From NCBI GenBank assembly GCA_963693365.1, contig CAVNZM010000014.1:3410001-3474000 (forward strand): a DNA stretch of 64,000 bases. The letters are read 5' to 3'. The DNA comes from Amoebidium appalachense (taxonomy: Eukaryota; Protista; Ichthyosporea). Within the stretch, counting starts at the first letter, position 1; every line of letters starts with the position of its first letter. Position numbers and translations under genes: made by a program. This document shows positions 1 to 27,629 of this stretch, piece after piece. A model generated the notes under the pieces. That model had not been told where the DNA came from and searched no databases. It saw only the letters and a program-made list of their open reading frames with translations.

Positions 1-216
1 GTACACAGTGTCAGTGAATCTTTTCGAAGTCCAGTCTAATACAAGATATGCATGCAAACTAATACTACTCAAATTTTGATTATACAAGCACCATTTGGGT
101 CCCGTCACTCAAGATTCCAAAGAAAAAAGAAACAGACGAAAAAAAAAAAGATACATGTTATAGTTAATGCCCATACAACATCAGATTCTTTCAGCAAAAT
201 CTACAGACACCCATGT

Positions 217-1569
217 CTACGCATTCAGTCCCATTGCCTGTCTCAGCACCTGGTTCTCTCTCCTCAGACTCTCAACCTCCATATCCAAACGCACCAACAC
301 ATCCATCATTCCATTAGGGTCAGAGCTCAACCCCGCTTTTTTCTGCTCTGCCAACAAATGCGCAATCACCTGATCTTGCATCTTCACACGCGCATTCAGC
401 AACTGCAGTTCCATCTCCTGTTGCTTTCTCGCCAAACTGAATTCCATATTTAGCCGCTCGATGCTCTCAACCACACTCATTCTGCAGCCGCATGCGCCGT
501 GCAAGTTCTCGTGCGAGTGCAAATGTGGTGATGGCGTATCGTGGGACGTAGTAGGGGATGAGGATGACATTAACATGGGATCAGACATGTAAAATTGCTC
601 TTGGAGATCGGGGTGAGATGTGCAGGCCATGCAAAGGTCTGTTGGGCAGGAATACCGATGCATGTGTTGCATGTTCATTCCGGCAGAGGCGGCGGCAGCA
701 TGCGCATTTGCGATTGAAATTTCGGTGCGGTGTAGGACTTCACAATGTGGGAGCATAGACGGGGAACACGAGCTCCCGGACCACGTCCGTGTTTTGATAC
801 TTCGAGCGGGTGTTGTCCCGTGTACGTGTGCGGCTTGTGTGTGTGCGTGCCTTTGTTGTTGGGGCATGTTTTCTACACTCCATGTTATCCCGGGAATGAA
901 AAGGCCCCCATTAGTGGCCGAGGTAACCGAGTTTCTCCTGTCTTGGGCCGTAGTTGAGCGCGCGGGGGAAGTGAAAGTCGGTGACTGATGTTCTTCATCA
1001 AGGGCGTGGATGGTATACAGTTGGGTGGGTGTCTCTTTAACAATCACCACGTTGCTATCAGCACAAACCGTGTTTCTACGTGTGGTTTTATTCACCGCGG
1101 GAGGCCCCGTACGCGTTGACAAGGGGCTGAGGGCAGGTGCGGATACCCGCCGGTCAGGATGATGTTGAGGTCCATTAACGGAGGGTGAACGGGTTGCTGA
1201 TGGCGTTAAAGATGGAACAGTCAGCGCCTCATGAAGTGCTTTTGCATGTTTTGACCCCCGTGTGGTTAATGTAGGTGTACTGCTGGCATCTAGATTTTGA
1301 AGCCTGCTAGATGCTTGTACGGTGGTGGTGGTGGTGGCGGTGGTTGTGTTTATGTTGGCTGGTTTAGGGCTGCATGGGAAGAGGAAAAAACGTCCCGTTT
1401 GCGTAACCGAACCACTGTTCAAAGCCTGTGCTGATGTCTTTTCTGTGTTGGTGATTATTGGGCTGGATGAGATGTTTAGGGAGCTCTTGATGCCCAAGGA
1501 GGGTAGGTCCGGTTGTGAGCGTGACTTTCTGCGCCCCAGGGGCGGTTTGAGTGTAGGTGTAAGGATCAT
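217..1569 (-). CDS. Uncharacterised intronless Ser/Thr/Pro-rich protein with C-terminal coiled coil (~450 aa)
   Basis: Long repeat-free ORF (track 217..1614), first ATG at 1569. The C-terminus VESIERLNMEFSLARKQQEMELQLLNARVKMQDQVIAHLL...LDMEVESLRRENQVLRQAMG has a heptad-like pattern. No family recognised. Confidence 0.75.
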   Translation of the reverse strand: MILTPTLKPPLGRRKSRSQPDLPSLGIKSSLNISSSPIITNTEKTSAQALNSGSVTQTGRFFLFPCSPKPANINTTTATTTTTVQASSRLQNLDASSTPTLTTRGSKHAKALHEALTVPSLTPSATRSPSVNGPQHHPDRRVSAPALSPLSTRTGPPAVNKTTRRNTVCADSNVVIVKETPTQLYTIHALDEEHQSPTFTSPARSTTAQDRRNSVTSATNGGLFIPGITWSVENMPQQQRHAHTQAAHVHGTTPARSIKTRTWSGSSCSPSMLPHCEVLHRTEISIANAHAAAASAGMNMQHMHRYSCPTDLCMACTSHPDLQEQFYMSDPMLMSSSSPTTSHDTPSPHLHSHENLHGACGCRMSVVESIERLNMEFSLARKQQEMELQLLNARVKMQDQVIAHLLAEQKKAGLSSDPNGMMDVLVRLDMEVESLRRENQVLRQAMGLNA

Positions 1570-3412
1570 GTTGCGGAGTGGGAGAAAGGGGCCAAAAAGG
1601 AGAACAAGCAACAAAAGGTTTTGCAGACGATCTTATATTCAAAAAGAAGTTCATCCGATGCTAAGACGCAAGTACAATAATAATAAAGTAAAGGTGCTAT
1701 AAGTTTACGTAAAGTAGTTGGGGCCGGTTGGAAAGGTTTGAGAGAGCAAAAATATGTGAGGCTACTTGGTGGGGAACGGTTCGGGCCTTTTTGTGGCAAC
1801 ACCGACAAGAAGTTACAAGATGCGATGGGTTGTGTAATAGAAACAAAAAAAAAAAACAGGATTAGAAGAAGAACAGAACAAGAGGTAGCCTCTAGGTAAA
1901 AAAGAAAACTCGCTCAGGGAGTATGGGAAGCGAAACACTAATAAGTATCTCAACAAAAAAGTCACCTGAGTGATGTTCGAAGGTGTCAAGTTGTCATCAA
2001 AACTAGTAAAGGCCTACCAGCTACCACCCTATTATAGATCCAACTTGGGGGGGTCGCATGACACAATTTATCTTTCAAAGCTTTGTGATAATTTGTGTTA
2101 CTTAGTATTGTAGCTGTTGTAATAGCAACAAAACGTACGGGGGTTATATACTTCTATGAAGCTACATGCACAAAAAAAGTGAAAAAAATTTATTCGAACA
2201 GACTTGCTGTTTTTGTGTGCATTATTCAATAGTTACTCATTCTAACTCACGAGTCAGGGGCAAAATCTTCAGTAATGGCTTTTTCAATTTTCCTGGGGGT
2301 GACAACCGTGTCATTTTCTCATGAAAAAGCGATCGCGCTTCTGATTGGCTTATCTACGCGTATCCAATCATGTCTCAGATGACTACCATCTCAAATTCTT
2401 CGATCAGCAATAAAAAAGCGCGTAGACGCCCTGAACGCATTCCATCGGTTTAGCCGTTGGATTGCGAGAGCGCGGCGGATGACGCCCGACGTGAGGAGGT
2501 TTTCCTCATTTAAACATACCGAGTGAATTTGAGATTCGTGTCCTATGTAAGTGTTTTCGCCTAATGTAAACAACCTACCTCTTTACCAACCAAAAATATC
2601 CGCCTGCTTCAGCAGAGCTCTGCCAGAGATCGATCTGGGGCAGCACTGTACAAGCACCGCATCCGGCGATCTATGGGGAACTGTGTCACGTACACATATA
2701 CAATCATGGGACAGGACGGTACCAGTAAGATTCAGCAATGTGTGTGAATTATAAAACACACATTGTATGTACTAAATACGGTGTATTTCCTATAATCGCG
2801 CTGTTTTTAATACACCAGGAATAATTCGAATAGTTCATTAGCAGGCTAACAGCTCATATGAGTCATATTGTTGATATCTGAAGTTCTATGCATACTAGTA
2901 GATAATCTGAACCAATCACAGCACACCTTTAGAATTCTGTTTACATTCCAGTCTCATTAAACTTCAAGGGAAAATGCCCATAAACGGTTACATGTGGAAG
3001 TTTCCTAGTGGCTGAGATCACTGCCAACGCACAATGTGCTGCATGTGCACCTTGCAAGTTGCGGCGTCAACGGGCGGGCCCCCAGCGGCCGCGGCACAGC
3101 CCGCGGAGTGGCCGCGTTGTGTGACACGTGTGTGTGCGTGCGCGTACATGTGGTTGCATGCATGCATGTTCCGGGACGCATGTGTGCATTTCACAGGCTT
3201 GTACAACATATGTATGTAGGGGTTTACGCTGTTTACTCGAGGCAAAGAGAACCAGTCTCAGGTATGGGGGGGGGGTTTTGCTCGGAATATCCCCTCAGCG
3301 GTATATCATGATCACGTACATAGATGTCGGGTGGTGACTATATATCAGGGTTTACTTTCTCTACGAGACACCATAAAGACTACAAGGAGAAATCAATTAG
3401 TTGGGGTTCCCC

Positions 3413-3471
<59 letters not shown>

Positions 3472-3503
3472 GGGCTCCCCTTGGGACACTCGGTATCAGC
3501 TGG

Positions 3504-3560
<57 letters not shown>

Positions 3561-3580
3561 TGTGTGTGTGTGCGCGTGCG

Positions 3581-4150
3581 CTATAATTTTGTAGTGATGT
3601 GTTTCTCAAGCCAATCAATACATCTAATAAACAGGTCGTAGTTACGCGTGTTTAGTATAAAATCAAGGATGTTGTAATTTACAGGTAGGCTATCTTTCTG
3701 GGTGTCTGTTGTGAATGTGACGTGTGTGTGTTGCGGTATTATGTGGTCTATCAAACTACATTTGGCGATACATGACCGGTTAAACTGGTGTGTGTGTGTG
3801 TTGTTTGGGCATGCAAATGATGCCACCTTATACTTATTAGATCTCCACTGTATAGCACGTGTACAGTAAAAGCGTGGTAATTGATCAATAATACCATCAG
3901 CTAGAGAAAGACCAGTTCTACAGGAAGGTAATATGTATTTAGGTGTTATACATTTGCGAGTGCCATATTTGGCAATATGGTTGAGGCAGTCAGTATATAT
4001 AAAACGAGACATAAGGCTTAGTTTTTCAAGGTGTATGCTTTCATCGGGTCTAGTGTCGTGTGGTATCTTTTTCCATTTGTTATATTGCGTGATTATCTTG
4101 TGATTGTGTACATGTTTAATAAGTAAGTGGCAGTCCAAAGTCACACACAC
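3581..4150 (-). mobile_element. 5'-truncated non-LTR retrotransposon (LINE) ORF C-terminus followed by a (CA)n tail
   Basis: AT-rich open frame ending RAIQWRSNKYKVASFACPNNTHTHQFNRSCIAKC...YNILDFILN...*. From recall this resembles the Cys/His C-terminal motif of LINE RT proteins. The stop codon is directly followed by (CA)n (3505-3580 as GT on +). No RT core present. Confidence 0.55.
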
Positions 4151-4425
4151 ACTATTGCGGGGGTTTATTTGTATTTGTGCCCAGGGGAGAAGGGGAGAGA
4201 GAGGGGAGGAAAGAGGGGAGAGGTGAGGAGGGGACAGGTGTATGTAGCCTGCTCACCAACTTGCACAACACCTAGGCAAACAAACACGGTCACCCTTCAC
4301 ACGGCTAAATTTCAGAATAGGATTCAGATTCAGGATTCAGAATACTAACCGTACATCTACATTATTGAAGTAATATATGGCATCGACATCACTCTCAGGG
4401 GATCGACCTTTGAGGGGGAGGGGAG

Positions 4426-4457
<32 letters not shown>

Positions 4458-4535
4458 GCATGACACAGGATCTCTGGAGCTAGGAAAAAGAACACATGGA
4501 CACGCACACACACCGTGTTCTCTTCCTCCCCTCGA

Positions 4536-4571
<36 letters not shown>

Positions 4572-4691
4572 TCCGCCCTCTCCCTTGAGCTCTCTCGACT
4601 CTCCCCTCTCCCCCCCCCCCTCCCCCCCCCCTTCCCCCCCTCAACCACACGTTTTTCTCTCTCTCAGCTCTCTTCCTCCCCCGCCCGCCCG

Positions 4692-4726
<35 letters not shown>

Positions 4727-5508
4727 AGCTTCTCTCTCTCTGAGGCTCCCCCCCCCCCCCCCTCTCTCCGATCTCTCTCTCTGAGACTCTCTATCTCTCT
4801 CTCTCTCTCTCTCCTCCCCCCCCCCCCCCCCCCCCCCCCCCCCTCAGCTCTCTCTCTCTCTAGATAGATCCGTCTCAAGATCTTTCAATCAATCTGATGC
4901 AAGAATTCGAACCGGCGCTCATTATATTTACTAACACTGATTTCGCAAAGTAGGGGGTGGGGAAAATTAAGGGGGGGGGGAAGAGGGGGAGGGGAGGGAT
5001 CATCGGAGGTGTTCCCACGGGAAGCGAATTGATAGGCCAATATTCCAAACTTCCCTTCCCTCGTGTCACCCGCTGTCCGGAAAACCCTTGCGTAAGGCAT
5101 CCCAGTTTATTTGCAATCGGCAAGTTACAAAACAACTTGATATTGTCAGATATTCCCATTCAAAATCACATTCATTCTCGTGTTTTCAGTATTAAATGCC
5201 CAAAGTACTAGGTAAATCGAACGATAACTCATTGCTTGGAGATTCATTACCTATTATCGTCTAGATTTATATACCATTAGAGTACTGAGTTGATTTTTCG
5301 CAACTTGAAGCCACAACATCCGTGCACAATATCCACACCACTGTGACGTATTACTTATTATTGTTGAGAATATTCTTCTTCTCCCGTGACTACCCTTACT
5401 CTACTGGCGCTTCTAACAACACCGTCACGAAAAAACACCCAATTGTGCTTGACCCACACAACACTCACACATGCACACACGTGCTTTCTTTGTGTGTGCA
5501 AATGTGTG

Positions 5509-5626
<118 letters not shown>

Positions 5627-5756
5627 ATGTTAGAGTGTATACATGTGTGTGCATCCGTGTGTGTGCCTGTCCGAAGCGGATGTTTCGAGCCACCTTGGAA
5701 GGGAAAACCAACAAAGCGCCCAATAAAATCAGATGTTGGGTAAGTTGAACCCAAAA

Positions 5757-19590
<13,834 letters not shown>

Positions 19591-20746
19591 GGTGCTAACG
19601 GATTAGCGAGGGTCAACGATGTGTTAAAAAGAGATCTAATTACGGGCTTGCGGCAAGAATTCGACGAAGACGCTCCTGTGGCTACTGGCACACACGCTCT
19701 CCAATATGATAAACGATTGCAACTGTGGGGAGAGAGAAGGGAACACTATGAAATATCAGAACACCAAATACGTCGCAAATAACGGCAGTGTAAAAGCAAC
19801 CGAGAAGCAGAAATTGAATGCCGCGATGCCAAGAAAGTCATGTAGACCTAACCCTCATACTACAGTGTAACTATAACTACACCACACACGCGAGCTGTAC
19901 AAATGTCTGATGCTACTAAAATATAAACAATTGAAGCTACTAAAATATAAACAATTGAAGCTAACATGGTCCGGCTGTGGCCGGCCGGAACGTAAGCTTG
20001 CAAAGTGAAATGTGGAAAATTAACGGACGAAAGGTCACTTAGCGGGAAGTTCTCCTATTGGTGGAATAAAGTCTGCATTATTTGCGCAGACTAGCTTTAT
20101 TTGGTTGTATTGGAGCATAGCAAATCTTTGTGTAAAGGTGGAACTCCCGTGCAACTTGTACTGCAGACTTGCTGTAAGCCTTAATGAGACAGTCATAATA
20201 TAAATAATACCATTTAATGTATCAACATTGGATTTTTGTGATTTTGGATAGAGTGTGTTGTGTCCTTTTTGTACATTTATGTCATGTTAACTGTAGCGCT
20301 AGCCTGTAAGACTACAGTACTTCAAAATCCACCAGGGAATTTGCATCGCTCCTCGTTGTCCGACCACGCGACTTTCTCTGAGACTTCTGAGTTGGTAAAG
20401 TTTCATGTTTCGTCTTCGCCATCATCCACCAGCGAATCACTATTATACATCGCCGTTGTATGCTTGGCTTGTATTTTTCCTGAAATTTTAGCCACCGACC
20501 CCCGTTTTATTACCCGCGCCGTTCAACAATCTTGCTGTGGCTTAGCACCGTAGAGCTCAACTAATGCCATCAGAAAACCATCCAGAGAAGAAAGACACAG
20601 AGGTTTGGATTGTCGGAAAAGTAACTCTTACACGCGCTGTCTTTCTGTGCATCCCTCTATACTACATTTCAACTTCGTTCGCATCTTTGCCTCTTTCTCC
20701 ACTTGAGCCACATACAACACAGTCTTCTAGTCCATCAAACACCACC

Positions 20747-22453
20747 ATGTTGACGACTGTAGCCCTCCGCCCCACCGGTCCCCTTCTGTGCGCCTTGTAT
20801 CGTCCCGGCACTGCTAACGCCTTGAAGACCAGTAGTTCGCTTTCACTACAAACGCTAAGGTTTTGTGCTACAGGTAATGAAAATGTCTTGTTACCCTTAC
20901 TTGATAGTTATCAAGTCTCGCGATATGATATGGGGGATATAACTGGAAAGAGCATCTCTGCAGCACAACTAACCATGTTTGATCTGCCTTTTTACGTTCC
21001 TTGTTTCAACCTTTTAATCTATGTGCGGGCTCCAATGTCGAATCTTTCACTTTATTTCTTCTCCATTTATGTCGTTTTATAGCTTATACCACAGAACCCA
21101 AAGACCTCTAGGGGCCCAGATCGATGTATATCAGATAGTTTTTCAAAAATCGTTACCCTTCCTATTCAGTATTGTGCTTGTGCGTCACCACTTGAAAAAT
21201 ATATTACCACTGGCTTGAATAATTAACCACGGAGAGCATTTCTTGACATGTTCACGATCATTCCTATTTCATAGTCAACATTTTCATACCACAGGGGCCA
21301 AAGATCCCAAGGGGGAGCTAGTGTATACGGGGCAACTCTCTGCTGTGCTCAGACGGCTCAAACTGCTCTCCATCACCAGCTGCACCCTCTCCCTCATCGG
21401 CACCCCCATCCTCTATAGCATGCAGTCGGGAATATGTAAGTGGATTCTATCTATCTCTCCCTCTGTGTCCCTTTCTCTCTCTCTCTCTTTCTCTCTCTCC
21501 AGTCCCCCTCTCCCCCCCCCCTCCCCCCCCGCCCCTTCCTCCCCTCTCTACCTCTCTCCCCCTATCCTATCTTTAACCCCCTCCTCCCCCAACACCAACC
21601 CTCCACTCCCTTCTCCCGTTCTTACATAGGGAAAGGGGCACGAGCGTCCACACGTCCTACACCAGCTTTCGACTTTTTTTTTCCATATCTCTGGGCTATT
21701 TATTGCAATCGAGAGCCATCTCCCTCCCCCCTCCCCCCACTTCTCTGTTCCTCCCGCCAAAATCCAGACATACACTTAGCTCCCCCAACACCAAAATCCA
21801 ACCTCTCAAACCTACCTCCACAGCTTTATCGTTTTTCGACCTCGTCCCAGCCCAACGTATGTCAGTCGTCCCCACACCCCCCCCCTCCCCCCGCGGGGGG
21901 GGAAATAAAAGAAGAAGAAGAATAAGAAAGAAAAGGGGGGGGGGGAGGAGTAGGAGGGTTGTGAACATACCTCGGGGTTAGATTGTACTAAAAGCGATGT
22001 GGGTGTCTGTGTGTGTGTGTGCAGTGTGTGGAAGATCTGGACTATGTAATATGCAGGGGAAGGTGACGGGGGGGGGGGGGGGGGGGGGGGGGGAGGGGGG
22101 GGGGGGGGGCAGCAACGAAGAGAGGACGGGCCTACGTGTGAGACTGTTGAAGGGGGACGGGGCCGGGGGGAAATAAACGAGAGAATGTCCTCCGCATAAT
22201 CTATGGAATGGAAGGACATCTAACACAAAAGGCTGATGTGTATATACTCTTTCCCTTTCCCCCTTCTCCCCCCCCCCCCCCCTCCCCCTCCCTCCCCCCC
22301 CCCCCCCCCCCCCTGTATAACGTGCATGTAGCAGGGCACCCATGCACACACATGCGTCTATACACCCACACATGTACATACACAAGCGCAGTGCACAAAA
22401 CAAACAACCCCGCGTGCGAGTGTATTTTCACACGCGCGCACGCACACACACAC

Positions 22454-22534
<81 letters not shown>

Positions 22535-23316
22535 CGCCCTTGGGCAAGGCGATTTTCGGCACGATGGTTATGATCACAGGCGTAGGGTCGACCGGCCTAA
22601 TCCACTTCTTCACAAAACCATACATCCACCGACTATGGTTTAAACTGGACGTCGCACCGGAAAATACATCAAAAACCCCGGAAAATACAACCGAAAACAC
22701 GGTTTTGGAGGGGCAAACCGCGGCCGATGGAAACGGTGAAAGTGAAAATCCGGTTGTTGGGACCCGGAGGAGGCAGCAGCTTAAGGGAGAGCTCACGGCT
22801 GAGACTCTGTCGATTTTTGCAAAACCAGTCATGCACACATTTAGGCTGGATGAGGTGGGTGGCTTGTGTTTGAAATTGCACAAACCCCTCCACACAGACA
22901 CATTCATTGAACATCACCAGCAATGTTGACGAAAGAAAGGGGTAGGAGGGGGTGGGGGGGGGGGGGGGGGGGGGGGTTAGGGGTTAGACATGTCAATATT
23001 GAGATACTGAGAATCCGACCCACCCATTTGCTTTGCCCACCTACTACCCGCAATTCCTCCCTCCCATCGTCAGCCCTCCTTCCCCATCCCCCCATCTCCC
23101 TTCAGAGATGCGAAAGCCCCCCTCCCCCTCCCCCCCCCCCCCAAAGAAAAAGAAGAAGAAGAAGAAAACGAAGGAGAGAAAAAAAACCACACACACACAG
23201 GCACACATGCACACACAAACACACACGCATGAAAATATATTCATATGCAAACACAACAAAGAGATGAGGGTTCTTTCTTCGCAATTCCTCACTGCCCCCC
23301 GCCCCCCCTACCCCCT

Positions 23317-23355
<39 letters not shown>

Positions 23356-23603
23356 ACCCCCCCCCCACACACAGACACACATACACCAAAAACAAAAAAA
23401 AAGAGGGGGAGGGGGGGGGGGGGGGGAGATGGGGGAGCACTTGCTGCAAACTGGCCTTCGCGCTGCAATCTTTGTTTGTCACACGCTGTTCCCCCCCCTC
23501 CCCCACCTCGCGCCCCCCACCTCAAGGACGCACGCGCGCATGCGTGTGTGTGTGCGCACACACACACCCACCAATCATAATACAGTGCAACAGACCTGTG
23601 GCA

Positions 23604-23641
<38 letters not shown>

Positions 23642-23788
23642 GTGCCTTCTCCCATGCAGGTACAAGCACCCAGCACAGGCCGGCCCTTTGTGTCGTTTCA
23701 AACTAAAAAGGACGGCAAATACTTTTTCTGCCACAAGGAGCAGCTCCAAGACCCCGATCTGGCTAAGAAACTGGGCGGAAACCAGTAG
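20747..23788 (+). CDS. TMEM70/TMEM186/TMEM223-family mitochondrial membrane protein, spliced
   Basis: Phase-consistent exons 20747-20873 (presequence-like MLTTVALRPTGPLLCALYR), 21295-21435 (LVYTGQLSAVLRRLKLLSITSCTLSLIGTP), 22535-22854 (STGLIHFFTKPYIHRLW), 23660-23788 (stop). Motif pattern matches the TMEM70 family from recall. Confidence 0.8.
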
Positions 23789-24671
23789 GGTTAGCCTAAT
23801 TGCCTAAAGAAATGGTGTGTGTGTTTCGGCTAGGTGACTCGGCGGAAACCAGTAGGGATACCCCAAATACCTACTCGGTGTACATGTAAAGTTCAAATTT
23901 CCTTGGATGAGGAATCAGTAGTAGGGATAGCCCAAAAACTAGTTGGTACGCTTGTGAATTCAGACTCTGCCGGCTAAATGAATTAAATTCACGGAAACTT
24001 TTGGAAATACAGGAAATGGTTTCTTCTTGTTCAAGATCCCCCCCCCCCCCCCCCCCCCCCCCCTTCCCCCCTGCCACACAAACACACACATGTACACACA
24101 CGGAGAGAGAAAGAAAGATGAGAACCCCCCCCCTTTTTTTTTTTTTTCCTCTTTTTTTTTTGTTTTCTCCCCATACTGGCACAAAGGGAAGCACATTTCA
24201 CACAGGGGGGTAGCAAGCGGATACCATTTATATATGAGGTGGGACATAGGATCCCCCTTTGAAGTTGGGATTTTGCATTTACCCACCCCATTTATCGGTT
24301 TCTCTTTGTGATCTGCAGTCGAATAGTGCACACTGCTGCTCGTGTACGTGTGTTTTGATTAAATCTCATTCACTGGAGGGTCATCGTATCTTCATGTACT
24401 CTACACGGAAGATTTAATTATCTCAGGCTTCGAACCTGTCGAATCGTTCCTACAGTTTGACTGAAATTCTTTTTTTTTTTTTTTTTTAATGGATTTTATT
24501 TCTATTGGGGTATCAGACAGGGCTAAGAATGGATATATAATACAGTACAGTTGCCATAGACACAACGAGATAGACTGAAATTCCACGATCTGTCCACGGT
24601 GGCTTCAATAATTATCTCTCCTCCCCCCCCCCCCCCCCCCCCCCCGAACACACACGTGCGCGCACACGCAC

Positions 24672-24703
<32 letters not shown>

Positions 24704-24971
24704 CACCACCACCACCACCACCACCTAACCAAAACAACAACAACAACAACAAATTTGACCACCACCGGTACGACCACCACCACCACGAGTCAGCAAAACT
24801 GAAAGAAATAGAACTTGAGGAAAACATGTGCGGTCTACACATACACGTGCACACAAGGCACACATACAAAAACAAACCACGACCACGACCACTCCTGGTA
24901 CTAGCACAACGAAACATCTCTCCCCTTCTCCACCCCTTTCTCTTCGGCCCCCTCCCCCTACCCTACCCCTC

Positions 24972-25012
<41 letters not shown>

Positions 25013-27135
25013 AAACAAACAAGATTGCACCTCCCCAATGCCTTCTTCCCCCCCTCCCTCCCTCCCTCGACCAATCTCTTTGCATAAGTTGCTCTCTCCG
25101 CGATCACCTCAAAGAGAAGAAAGAGATCGATATTCCACTTTCTTTTTTACATAGGTTCCTTTATCTCTTCCTCCCTTCCTCCCTCGGCACCGAAATCATC
25201 TTTAGTGCCGTACGTTCACGTGGTTGTTTGTGTTTTGTGTTTTGGTGTGACGATGTTTTGGAATATTCGAAACCTTTGCAAGGAATCACAATAATAAACA
25301 AAAACACAACTAAATGGGCGGGGAGGGGGGGGGGGGGGGAGGATGTACCTGACATACCGACCTGTCAGGGTAGGTGTACGTGTCCGGACACGCATGTACC
25401 TTCACCGTCATTGACAAAAAGACGATATAGGAGGCGATCAGATGCTGATACGAGGGGGTGGTTGAGTGGTTGGTGGAAAAAGAAAAAAAAAAGGAAAAAC
25501 CGGAGATAGGAAAAGGGAAAACAACAACTACGAAGTTTTCGATTTTCGTTTGGAGTGAAGAAACATGAAATGGACAGACAAAAAACAAACGAACGAAAGT
25601 AAAACAATAGTAAAGCCAAATCGTCACGTGTGCTAGTCCTACCCGACACGTATGCCAATCAGAAAACAACCTGTCACGATGACGGGCTCCAAATTCCAAA
25701 AAAAAAACCCAAGTTTGCTCTCAAGGTGAGGTTTGGCTCACAGACACATTCCTGTCCGTGAGCCACCTTCACCATATGGGCGGTACAAGAGCAAAAACAT
25801 TACATCTGGCAACTACGTTTTTCGTTTTATTTCATATGGTGTATGTGTGTGTTACAGAAGTACTTTTTTTTTTTTTCAATCCTTTGTTGCCACATCTCCG
25901 TTTGTCTTCTTCTCCTCCACCCTGCCCACACCTACCCCTCCCCACCCCCTCCCCATTTCCGTCTTCCCGGTTGTTTATTCTTCCCCCCCCCCCCCCCCCC
26001 CCCTTGGGTTTTCCAGCTGTAAATGTATAAGCTGCTAGTTATTATTAATACACGACCTGTTTTGGTTTGCCGTCACACCAAACTATGATTATCTTCCATT
26101 TTCCAACACGGTTGTTTATAGTTTTTTTGTTTTAGACCCGGAGGAATTTCCTACCGCCCTCAAGAGCTGTGCCTGCGACTACACCGGCAGTGACCTGACA
26201 TCCAGGTTCGTTTTTTTCTTTTCTTTTCTTTTATTTTCCTCTTTACATTTTTTTTGGGGGGGGTTTCGAGTTTTGCTCCCGCTGTGGTGGTGGACACATC
26301 GCTTTTTGCCTTACGCCGCGTTTCTTTTTTTGTAGCATGTAGTAGTTATGGTTTCCCGTTTCCCTTTTTGTTTCCGTTCAAGTTTGCTGTAGGTATATAC
26401 CGTTTTTCCATTCAAGCACGGCCCTACACAGCCAGTCCTTGAATCTAAATCTCTTTCCCCTAGTTCACAGTCACCGTTTTTGTTGTTGTTGTTGTTGTTC
26501 GGTAGGCCTTGGTTGTAATTGTTGCTCGGCTTGTTTTTGTTTTTTGGTTATTGTTCAGGGTGTGTCGAAATCTTCGTGCCACAAACAGAACCTATAACGT
26601 ACACAGCCGCTTCCAATACTGTATCCTCCACTAGAAACAGTTGGGCAAAGTTTCAAAAAAGAAAACCAAAAGGTAAAGATTTAAAGAAAACTTATGGTCC
26701 TGCAGTGGATATTCTTTGTGTCATTTCCATTCCCCCTACACGTTATAATACAGTTAAGTTTAACAATTAGGGGGCCTGATTCAGTCCGGCCAATCATACA
26801 ACTTTAGTAAAGCACAAAAGGTAAACCATAAAGAAGGGCATGTTTGTATTGCGTAGAAGGCGCAATATGCTCTCTTTGACCCAGGTATTATAGTAAAGTT
26901 TATAGACGGGACTCTCGATCCGAAAAATCTTTACCCCGTAAAGTTTACCACAATGCCATTGGGTTTAAAATGCACCAATAGGACTGCAAATTTACACTAT
27001 CTAACAATTCATAAATGCAGATCGCAGATCGCAGATCGCAGATCGCAAATCTTCAATTCGCAAATTGTCCACGAAACAAACAAAATTCATGTATAAATAG
27101 GTAGATGGCTGAGTTAGGTTAATGTATAACAACAA

Positions 27136-27235
27136 GGGGTTTACGCTGTTTACTCGAGGCAAAGAAAAAGGATACTCCCCCGCCTGGGGTCGAACCAGGG
27201 ACCTTTCGGTTAACAGCCGTACGCGCTTCCGATTG
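27136..27235 (-). pseudogene. 5'-truncated tRNA-Asn(GTT) retrocopy fused to a retroelement-like 3' tail, with 10-bp TSD
   Basis: Minus strand CAATCGGAAGCGCGTACGGCTGTTAACCGAAAGGTCCCTGGTTCGACCCCAGGCGGGGGAG has D-loop end, GTT anticodon arm, T-arm and 3' acceptor strand, but the 5' acceptor strand is missing. Followed by TATCCTTTTT and a 30-nt tail. ATAACAACAA direct repeat at 27126-27135 and 27236-27245. Confidence 0.85.
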
Positions 27236-27456
27236 ATAACAACAACAACCTACAAAACTGCAAAATGTACATTACAGATCAACTAAAATCAAGGTGTCTA
27301 ATCATTCTTGGCTGTTTTTGTCAGGTCGGTCAAATGGGCACCGCGGTGTCGCGGAAGAGATCTTCAACCGTAAGACAAGGTGGGGGGGGGGGGGGGGGGG
27401 GGGGGAAGTTGTGCCCGTGACAACACCCACTTTCATTCTCTGTCCCTTTCCCCCTT

Positions 27457-27487
<31 letters not shown>

Positions 27488-27509
27488 GCAGGGGTGTGTG
27501 GGTGGGTGT

Positions 27510-27629
<120 letters not shown>

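Noticed and set aside
27172-27235. Functional tRNA-Asn gene
   Set aside because: The 5' acceptor strand and start of the D-arm are missing and the insert is bounded by a TSD.
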